Below are positions 50,437 to 57,365 of a stretch of DNA of 64,000 bases, piece by piece. Both the position numbers and the translations under genes were made by a program. Numbering within the stretch: the stretch's first letter is position 1; each line of letters opens with the position of its first letter. The notes below the pieces were generated by a model, which saw only the letters and a list, made by a program, of their open reading frames with translations, was not told where the DNA came from and made no database searches. The DNA lies in contig JACPCV010000005.1 in the NCBI GenBank assembly GCA_016184345.1, forward strand, positions 97,017-161,016, written 5' to 3'. The DNA comes from Candidatus Woesearchaeota archaeon (GTDB taxonomy: Archaea; Nanobdellota; Nanobdellia; Woesearchaeales; UBA10216).

Positions 50437-50494
50437 GTAAACAACAGCGACAAAGAATTTGTTTAAAAAGATTGCTGTTGCCTATCAAAGAGTG

Positions 50495-50605
50495 CGGCGT
50501 GGCCGGGAACTTCACCAGCGCCTAGGCACTGATTTGAACCCGGATACCAAAGGGTTTGGTACTGGTTTCTTAGACCTGCGCGATACCAGCTTTCGCATCC
50601 ACGCC
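50495..50605 (-). tRNA. Class II tRNA (long variable arm), apparent anticodon AAG (Leu, tentative), 24-nt T-loop insertion
   Basis: Acceptor GGCGTGG/CCACGCC, D-arm GCGA..TCGC. Anticodon arm CAGGT-CTAAGAA-ACCAG with an A-A mismatch. Variable arm TACCAAA-CCC-TTTGGTA. T-arm CCGGG-TTCAAAT[50508-50531]CCCGG. Confidence 0.6.
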
Positions 50606-50644
50606 GTGGGGAAAATTAAGGTTTAATTCTTTATGTGCCTATCT

Positions 50645-50790
50645 GTCGTTTTTCCGAAAAGTATATAGAAATGTCGAAAAATTTCTGGTACCTATCGAAA
50701 AAATTTCAAAAAATAGCTAAAAAAGCGAAAACGTTCTGTTTTTCCCGAAAAATCATTATCCGAAAAACTCAATAAAAACGAAAGTTTTAT
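50645..50790. repeat. AT-rich non-coding region with seven spaced CGAAA(A) motifs
   Basis: CGAAA starts at 50655, 50675, 50696, 50726, 50746, 50761 and 50779. Spacings are 20, 21, 30, 20, 15 and 18 nt. Confidence 0.7.
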
Positions 50791-50889
50791 TAAGCTGTTC
50801 CCTATTTATGACTTATACCAAAGGGACGGGTTAAGCGAGAACCAGTTTCGCATTTCCCAAATCGTTCTGAGCGGTTTGGGGTTTCTTTT

Positions 50890-52245
50890 TCACTTTGTTT
50901 CTGCAATTGTTTTATCAACTATGCTTCTGTACTCAGCATGCAAATGCTTCAGCATTCCATCATCTCTTGCCTCAATTACTATGCATACTTCCGGCATGTT
51001 GTTGCTTTTCCTAAGCATGACCCACTCAAGCTCGTTGAGGAAGAACTTAATGCCGTCCCTTGTTAGCGTTGCATCCGGATGCTGTTTTTTTGCGGCAGCA
51101 ACTAACTTTGAAATGACTTTCTCCTTCTTCTCATGAGTGCCGCAGCCAACGTATTCCTTCAGCATGGGGGCGAATTTCACTTCATCAGCCATCTTTGACA
51201 GCTTCTCGCTGCCGTTACTGAGGATTTCAGCCATCTTCAGACCGCACAGGAAGCCATCGCTGAAGGGGTACTGCTCAAACCACATATGGCTGCTCATCTC
51301 ACCGCCGTAAACAGCATTGCTGTCATGCACTGCCTTGCCTATGAAGCTGTGGCCAACGTCACTCCACACAAGCCTGCCGCCAAACGATTCGGCAAGCGGC
51401 TTCAATTCGCTGTTGCAGTCAACAGTCATCACAACGCTCCTCCTGTTTTGAGGATGCTGCGGAAGAATTTTCCTGATAAAAATAGCGGAGCTTATGCTGC
51501 CGTTCAACTCCCTGCCTTTGTCATCAACTATCACCGAGCGGTCGCAGTCGCCATCAAGTGCAACGCCAAAATCAGCACCTTTTGCAATGATTATGCTGCC
51601 AAGCTCCTTCAGGTTCTCGCCTTTCGGCTCAGGCCTCTGCTTGTTGAAATCAGGCATCGGGATTGCATGGACTGGAATGACTTTCAGCCCAAGCTCCTCA
51701 TATAGTCTGGGGATGATTACAGCTCCGGATGCGTAAAGGCACTCCACAGCAACCGTGATTTTCTTCTTTGGATTTAGCCTGATGTTTTTCCTGAGAAACT
51801 CCCTGTAGGGAATGTAGCCGTCTGCCTCTTTCACGCTGCCCTTGCCTGATGCAAACCTGCCGCTTTCGTAAACCTGCTTCATTTCCTCATACTGGCTGAG
51901 GAATGAAAGACCATTTGGCTCAACAAACTTGAAGCCGGTGTACTCTGCAGGGTTGTGGCTCGCAGTAATCACGGCTCCAAACTGCCTCAGGTTGAAAGCA
52001 TTGAAAAAAAGCACAGGGCTGGGGCACTCGCCAATGTCTGTCACTGGGCAGCCAACCGATACAAGCCCCCGGATGAACGTGGGAGCAATCTTCTTGGAGG
52101 AATGGCGTATGTCCCTTCCGACAACGACAGGCTTTCCTTTTATTATGGTGCCAAATGCCCTGCCTATCCTTTCGGCTGTCTCATCGTTCAGCTCAGAATC
52201 AATCAGGCCGCGGATGTCGTATGCGTGAAAAAAGCTCGTGTCCAT
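50890..52245 (-). CDS. Phosphomannomutase/phosphoglucomutase-family protein
   Basis: The ATG at 52245 overlaps the upstream stop (TAATG). FHAYDIRG, TASHNPAEYTGFK (active-site Ser), GVALDGDCDR (Mg site). The track's GTG at 52263 is an alternative start. Confidence 0.9.
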   Translation of the reverse strand: MDTSFFHAYDIRGLIDSELNDETAERIGRAFGTIIKGKPVVVGRDIRHSSKKIAPTFIRGLVSVGCPVTDIGECPSPVLFFNAFNLRQFGAVITASHNPAEYTGFKFVEPNGLSFLSQYEEMKQVYESGRFASGKGSVKEADGYIPYREFLRKNIRLNPKKKITVAVECLYASGAVIIPRLYEELGLKVIPVHAIPMPDFNKQRPEPKGENLKELGSIIIAKGADFGVALDGDCDRSVIVDDKGRELNGSISSAIFIRKILPQHPQNRRSVVMTVDCNSELKPLAESFGGRLVWSDVGHSFIGKAVHDSNAVYGGEMSSHMWFEQYPFSDGFLCGLKMAEILSNGSEKLSKMADEVKFAPMLKEYVGCGTHEKKEKVISKLVAAAKKQHPDATLTRDGIKFFLNELEWVMLRKSNNMPEVCIVIEARDDGMLKHLHAEYRSIVDKTIAETK

Positions 52246-53084
52246 TATGAAATATCCTTCCACTCCTTGATTGCCTTCTCGTAAAGCTCAAGGGTGCCTG
52301 TGTTGTACCACTGGCCTGAGAACGGGTAGCCGAAAAGCCTGCCCTCCTGCGCCAGCTTCGGGAATACGTCCTTCTCAAGCATGCAGTAGCCATCCCCGAT
52401 GTAGTCAAGCACTTCCGGCTCCATCATGTAAAGCCCGGAGTTAATCAGGTTGGAAGGAGCCTCCTCCTTCTTCGGCTTCTCAACAAACTCAAGTATCTTG
52501 CCGCCCTGCATCCTTGCAACGCCGTAAGCACTCGGGTTGTCAACTGTCGTCAGGGCAATCGTGACCAGTGCCTTGTTCTCTTTATGGAAGAGGTACATGT
52601 CATGCAGGTCAATGTCCTTAAGCTCATCAGCGTTTTCCGCCACAAACGTGCCTGTGATTAAGGGCTTTGCCAGCCTGATTGGGCCGCCTGTCCCAAGCGG
52701 CTTGCTCTCCTCAACATAGCTCACATTAACGCCAAATCTTTTCCCGTCTCCAATCGCGTGCTTTATCTTGTCGCCCTTGTAGCCGATGGAAACAACTATG
52801 CTCTTGATGCCATGCCTCTTGAAAAGGTCAAACTGGTGCTCAAGCAAAGTCCTGTCGTGGACCAAAACAAGGGGCTTTGGAATCTCAAAGGTTATTGGCT
52901 GCAGCCTTGTGCCGACACCGCCTGCAAGTATGATGGCAAGCTTTGGCATGTCCGCGTTTCCCATGGCCTGCATCAGGAGAAGCTCTACGGCGTGGCTCCG
53001 GTTCTTTATCTTGTGCCCGTCAACCCTCCGGTCAACATTGGCCAATATGTTGGCATCCAGTGTAAGCGTTACCCTCTCTTTCAT
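52245..53084 (-). CDS. Sugar-1-phosphate nucleotidyltransferase with an N-terminal ribbon-helix-helix (CopG-like) domain
   Basis: The N-terminus ERVTLTLDANILANVDRRVDGHKIKNRSHAVELLLMQAM is an RHH pattern. It is followed by AIILAGGVGTRLQPIT..PKPLV, the NTP-transferase signature. Confidence 0.8.
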   Translation of the reverse strand: MKERVTLTLDANILANVDRRVDGHKIKNRSHAVELLLMQAMGNADMPKLAIILAGGVGTRLQPITFEIPKPLVLVHDRTLLEHQFDLFKRHGIKSIVVSIGYKGDKIKHAIGDGKRFGVNVSYVEESKPLGTGGPIRLAKPLITGTFVAENADELKDIDLHDMYLFHKENKALVTIALTTVDNPSAYGVARMQGGKILEFVEKPKKEEAPSNLINSGLYMMEPEVLDYIGDGYCMLEKDVFPKLAQEGRLFGYPFSGQWYNTGTLELYEKAIKEWKDIS

Positions 53085-53252
53085 TGCAAAAGCCCCATAC
53101 CTTTTCTGCCAGATTCAGCTGGTGGCATATATAAACATTTCGATTCGTATGAGAACGTAATATAAGCAAAAGATTTAAATATCAGTATCACATAATATAT
53201 GATATCATCATATGATGGGTGATTAAAAAGGCGCAGCAAGGAGGTGATGAGC

Positions 53253-53381
53253 ATGGAAGAGAACGACGACTTTTACGAGTCATTTGAGACTGGCCTTGAC
53301 GACGATGAAATCAGCCCTGAAGAGGAAGGCTTCATCAAGGGCTTCATGGATGACATGTTCAGCGATGAAGAAGGCCCTTAA
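53253..53381 (+). CDS. Small acidic peptide (42 aa); not in the supplied ORF track
   Basis: Strong RBS aaggaggtga 6-15 nt upstream. MEENDDFYESFETGLDDDEISPEEEGFIKGFMDDMFSDEEGP. The 3' end overlaps the convergent MtaB-like gene by 23 nt. Confidence 0.35.
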   Translation: MEENDDFYESFETGLDDDEISPEEEGFIKGFMDDMFSDEEGP

Positions 53382-54645
53382 GGTGTGTTACGGCCGCACC
53401 AGTGACTTCAACCTCTACAAACTTTCCCAGCATGCCCTCGCTGCCCCTGATGACAACAGGCTTGTAGGCAAAATTTCTTGCTACGACCGTGCCAGGCTCC
53501 TTCCCCTTCTCATCAACAACAGCCCTGCCCTTCCAGCCAACCCAGCCAAGGTTCCTGTCAAGCGCAATCTTTTTTGCCAATGCGTGCAGTTTCCTGCTCC
53601 TTTCCATCACAGTTTCATCAGGCAGCCTTTCCATTTTTGCAGCTGCAGTGCCGGGCCTGGGCCAGAACCTGGAAACGTTCACGACATCAGGCTTTATCTC
53701 TTCAATGACAGCCATAGTTTCCCCAAACTGCCTGTCTGTCTCGATTGGAAAGCCGCAGATTATGTCGGTTGCTATCGTAATTTGCGGTAGCTGCTTTCTA
53801 AATTCCGCAACGATTTTTTTGAAAGTTTCAACTTTATACCCGCGCTTCATGGCCGCCAGGACGCTGTTGCTGCCTGACTGAAGCGGGATGTGCAGGAACT
53901 TGAAAACCTTGTCATGCTTGAACGCCTCAATAAGAGACTGCAGCAGGTGGTTCGCAAGGGTCGGGTTCATCATCCCAACACGGATTTGGAAATCGCCATC
54001 AATGCCGCATAGCTGCTGCAACAGCTGCGGCAATAAGGGGGTACCCCTTATCAACCCCCGCCTATCAAGCCCGTAAGTGCCGGTATCCTGGCTTGTCAGC
54101 CAAACCTCCCTGCAGCCTGCCTTAACAGATTCCTCAGCGCTGTTGCGGATTGTCCCGATGAGGTAAGAGAGCGTGTTGCCCCTGGCTGCTTTTGTAATGC
54201 AAAACGAGCATGAACCGAGACAGCCCTCGTTAATCTGGATGATGCTCACCGCGCTGTTAAAGCTCAGCTTCGGCAGCGATGCCTTGTCAACGCTGCTGCC
54301 ACCGACAGCAAGATTAGCCTTCCCTTCAACAACATCAACAATCTCGTTTATTTTATGAGTTCCGATTACGGCTGCAGCTGGTGATAATAGCCGTACGCTT
54401 TCGGTTTGCGCCTCTGACATGCAGCCTGCAATCACAAGGCGCTTGCTGCAATCTTGCAAGTCATGAATCCTTCTCCTGATTTTCTCCTCAGTCGGGCCTT
54501 TTACCGTGCATGTGTTGACAATTATGGCATCAGCATCCTCAGAAGCTGCGACCACCTGATGCCCACCCTTGTTGAGCAGCCCGGCCATTATCTCGGAATC
54601 ATTCACATTGGCAGAGCAGCCGTAAGTTTCTATGCAGACTTTCAT
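53359..54645 (-). CDS. MiaB/MtaB-like tRNA methylthiotransferase (radical SAM plus TRAM)
   Basis: MKVCIETYGCSANVNDSE, INEGCLGSCSFCITK (CxxxCxxC), C-terminal TRAM-like region. It contains palindromic element copy 3 in frame (RRGLIRGTPLLP). Confidence 0.9.
   Translation of the reverse strand: MKVCIETYGCSANVNDSEIMAGLLNKGGHQVVAASEDADAIIVNTCTVKGPTEEKIRRRIHDLQDCSKRLVIAGCMSEAQTESVRLLSPAAAVIGTHKINEIVDVVEGKANLAVGGSSVDKASLPKLSFNSAVSIIQINEGCLGSCSFCITKAARGNTLSYLIGTIRNSAEESVKAGCREVWLTSQDTGTYGLDRRGLIRGTPLLPQLLQQLCGIDGDFQIRVGMMNPTLANHLLQSLIEAFKHDKVFKFLHIPLQSGSNSVLAAMKRGYKVETFKKIVAEFRKQLPQITIATDIICGFPIETDRQFGETMAVIEEIKPDVVNVSRFWPRPGTAAAKMERLPDETVMERSRKLHALAKKIALDRNLGWVGWKGRAVVDEKGKEPGTVVARNFAYKPVVIRGSEGMLGKFVEVEVTGAAVTHLKGLLHR
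54029..54062. repeat. Palindromic element, copy 3, inside the MtaB-like CDS
   Basis: ggcaataaggggg-ta-ccccttatcaacccccgcc. Read on the minus strand it encodes GGLIRGTPLLP with no stop. Confidence 0.85.
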
Positions 54646-54723
54646 TCAACCATGGCAGCCGCAGCTTGTTTTAAATATTTTCACACCGCAAATTTTTTAT
54701 ACGTTCCCGGCAACGTTATCCTC

Positions 54724-55050
54724 ATGGCAGATGACAAGTTCTCCCCTGAAGGCGAAGTCAGGCTTATGGGCTTTCAGGCTATTGACGAGGCAGTGATAGG
54801 GGATATCAAGCTCATTGTCGGGAAAAAGCTGAAAAGGTTTTCAGAGCTTTGCAAGGGCTTTGAGCAGGTCGTATTGCACCTCAAGAAGGTGCATGCCCAG
54901 CCGCATTCTGAGAAGTACGAGCTCCACGCTTCGCTCAAGGACAAGGGAAAGCTGTACACTACCATAACCAGTCATAAAGACCTTCTTCTTGCTGTTGAGG
55001 AAGCCCTGGAGAAGCTTGAGAGCGAGGCAAGCAAGGCGAGGACGCTGTGA
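54724..55050 (+). CDS. Small protein with HPF/RaiA-like (S30AE) sequence pattern; tentative
   Basis: ATG at 54724. VVLHLKKVHAQPHSEKYELHASLKDKGKLYTTITSHKDLLLAVEEALEKLESE resembles the beta-alpha-beta-beta-beta-alpha pattern of ribosome hibernation factors. Confidence 0.35.
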   Translation: MADDKFSPEGEVRLMGFQAIDEAVIGDIKLIVGKKLKRFSELCKGFEQVVLHLKKVHAQPHSEKYELHASLKDKGKLYTTITSHKDLLLAVEEALEKLESEASKARTL

Positions 55051-55135
55051 AGTTGCATTCCATGATTAGCCTGTTTAGCTACTTCTGGAAGTTGCTAGCG
55101 GAAAGCTTAAATAAGCCTGCAGCATATATTTGAGC

Positions 55136-55519
55136 ATGGTAGCGTATTTGACAAATGATGAAGTCATGGCAATTAATAAGGAAGTTTTATCCTCAATAAA
55201 GGTTAAAAAAGCAGACAGCTTTAAGGTGCTAAGCCACCGCAAATTGAACGCTGTTTTGGAGAAGGTGGCAGAAGCCTCGGGCGATGTTTATGACAAAGCT
55301 GTGGCACTACTAAAAGGCATATCGCAGGAGCACCCCTTTGCAAGCGGGAACAGGAGGACATCAATGGTTGCTACAGTAAGATTCCTTAGGATGAATGGTG
55401 AAGAGGCGCTAGTGAAGGACGATGCAAAAATCCTTCAAGGAGTGCGTGAGAGCTACTATACCGACGCTGAAATAAAGCAATGGCTTAAAGGAGGTGATAT
55501 GCGTGAATTCAAAAGATGA
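55136..55519 (+). CDS. doc: Fic/Doc-family toxin (Doc-like)
   Basis: ISQEHPFASGNRRTSMVA matches the Doc-type Fic motif H.F..GN(K/R)R. Confidence 0.7.
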   Translation: MVAYLTNDEVMAINKEVLSSIKVKKADSFKVLSHRKLNAVLEKVAEASGDVYDKAVALLKGISQEHPFASGNRRTSMVATVRFLRMNGEEALVKDDAKILQGVRESYYTDAEIKQWLKGGDMREFKR

Positions 55520-55697
55520 AAAAGATGAGAAAGTGAGCAAAGAGTTCATAGAGGCAGTAAGAAAGGACATTGAAGACTATAAGCAGTTCCTGATAAAAAT
55601 AGGAAAGCTGTAGTTGCATTCCTTGATTCGTCTATTCAGCTTCTGCAAGCAGTGCGAGTAAATACTTTTAAATAGCATTCACAGCTTCTTTTTCCTT

Positions 55698-57059
55698 ATG
55701 GTGCTTGATAACCTTGGCGAATCGCTCCGCAATGCCCTGCAAAAAGTAGCCAGGAGCATGTTCGTAGATGACGCTGCAGTCAATGAGCTAATCAAGGAGC
55801 TGCAAAGGGCGCTGCTGCAGTCTGATGTGAATGTCAAGCTCGTCTTCAGCCTGAGCCAGCGCATCAAGGAAAGGATTCTCAAGGAGGAAACGCCTGGCGG
55901 GCTCACTAAAAGGGAATTCCTCGTAAAAGTAGTCTATGAAGAGCTCGTCAAGTTCCTCGGCGGGGAAGAAAGCCAGCTTGACGCTTCAGCAATACCAACA
56001 ATAATAATGCTCTCGGGGCTTTTCGGCTCTGGAAAAACAACAACCGCGGCCAAGCTGGCAAGGTACTTCTCAAAGAGGGGCTTAAAAGTTGCCATGGTGC
56101 AGCTTGACGTCTACAGGCCGGCAGCGCTTGACCAGCTGCAGCAGCTTGGGAAGCAGATTGGAGTGCCTGTTTTCGGCAACAAAAGCGAGAAAGACCCGCT
56201 AAAGATTTTCAGCAGCTGCCAGAACGAGCTGAGAAAGTTTGACGTCGTGATAGTTGACACCGCAGGAAGGGATGCGCTGTCAGCAGAACTGATTGCAGAG
56301 CTGAAGGCTGTTGCTGCCGCTGTCCAGCCGAATGAGAACCTGCTCGTGATAAGTGCTGACATAGGCCAGGCAGCTGAAAGGCAGGCAACAGCATTCCATG
56401 ACGCATGCAAAATCACAGGTGTAATAGTAACGAAGCTTGAAGGCACTGCAAAAGGGGGAGGGGCATTGAGCGCCTGCTCGGTTTCAGGGGCGCCGATAAA
56501 GTTCGTGGGCGTTGGGGAGAAGATTGAGGACATGGAAAAGTTCAACCCCAAGGGCTTCGTAGGACGCTTATTGGGCATGGGTGACATAGAGGCGCTGCTT
56601 GAAAAGGCAAACGAAGCGGTGACAGAGGAAGAAGCAAAGGACATGAGCGAGAAATTCCTGAAAGGCGAGTTCACGCTTTTGGATCTCTACGAGCAGATGC
56701 AGGCAATCAAGAAAATGGGGCCGATAGCAAAGGTAATGGAGATGATTCCCGGATTTGGCCAGCTCAAGCTGCCAAAAGACGTCCTTGACGTTCAGGAGGC
56801 AAACCTCAAAAAGTGGAAATTCGCAATGGACAGCATGACGAAAAAGGAGCTTGAAGACCCTGAAGCAGTTACTTCAGACAGGATAGAGCGCATCGCCAAG
56901 GGCTCAGGCATCGGCACAGGAGAGGTAAAAGACCTGCTGAAGCAGTACAGGCAAAGCAAAAAGGTAGTCAAGATGTTCAAGGGAGCAAGCCCAAAGAAGA
57001 TGCAGCAGATGATAGGCAAAATGGGCGGGATGAAAGGCATGGAAGGGCTGAAGGGCTAA
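55698..57059 (+). CDS. srp54: Signal recognition particle protein SRP54
   Basis: GLFGSGKTTTAAKLA, DTAGR, TKLEGTAKGG, and a Met-rich M domain (MQQMIGKMGGMKGMEG). Confidence 0.95.
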   Translation: MVLDNLGESLRNALQKVARSMFVDDAAVNELIKELQRALLQSDVNVKLVFSLSQRIKERILKEETPGGLTKREFLVKVVYEELVKFLGGEESQLDASAIPTIIMLSGLFGSGKTTTAAKLARYFSKRGLKVAMVQLDVYRPAALDQLQQLGKQIGVPVFGNKSEKDPLKIFSSCQNELRKFDVVIVDTAGRDALSAELIAELKAVAAAVQPNENLLVISADIGQAAERQATAFHDACKITGVIVTKLEGTAKGGGALSACSVSGAPIKFVGVGEKIEDMEKFNPKGFVGRLLGMGDIEALLEKANEAVTEEEAKDMSEKFLKGEFTLLDLYEQMQAIKKMGPIAKVMEMIPGFGQLKLPKDVLDVQEANLKKWKFAMDSMTKKELEDPEAVTSDRIERIAKGSGIGTGEVKDLLKQYRQSKKVVKMFKGASPKKMQQMIGKMGGMKGMEGLKG

Positions 57060-57107
57060 ACCTTCTTTGTCCTGCAACAGATTTATAAATCGTTCTCAAA
57101 TCTCGTA

Positions 57108-57177
57108 GGGTTGATAAGGGCGCGCTGCCTCATCGCCCCCGTCGTGGGGTTGATAAGGGGTGGAGCCCCTTATTGCC
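57108..57177. repeat. Palindromic element: half copy (57108-57120) plus full copy 4 (57146-57177), abutting the tRNA-Ser 5' end
   Basis: gggttgataaggg is the half copy. ggggttgataagggg-tggag-ccccttattgcc is the full copy, and its last three nt are the first nt of tRNA-Ser. Confidence 0.85.
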
Positions 57178-57308
57178 GGGATCGCATAACCTGGTATTGC
57201 GCAAGCCTGGAAACAGAAGCGCGATAGCTTGTTCCCGCAAGGGTGTCTGGGTTCAAAACACGGCGACGCAAAAGAGTCGTCGCTGCTGTGAAAGTCCCAG
57301 TCCCGGCG
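57175..57308 (+). tRNA. tRNA-Ser (GGA) with a 13-nt anticodon-loop intron and a 37-nt T-loop insertion
   Basis: Acceptor GCCGGGA/TCCCGGC, discriminator G. Anticodon arm CAAGC-CTGGAA[13 nt]A-GCTTG. Long variable arm TTCCCGCAAGGGTGT. T-arm CTGGG-TTCAAAA[57259-57295]CCCAG. A T-tract follows. Confidence 0.8.
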
Positions 57309-57365
57309 CTTTTTATTTATGTGGTGGAAAACATTTTTAAATTGCTTCAAGGCAAGGCAAAAGTC

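Noticed and set aside
54454-54723. 5' part of track ORF 54454-55050.
   Set aside because: It is antisense to the N-terminal coding region of the MtaB-like gene. Only the part downstream of the ATG at 54724 lies in intergenic DNA and has a protein-like sequence.
57243-57365. N-terminal 41 codons of track ORF 57243-59111.
   Set aside because: The segment overlaps a well-formed tRNA-Ser (57175-57308) and its T-tract. An ATG at 57366 gives a sensible start for the radical SAM protein.
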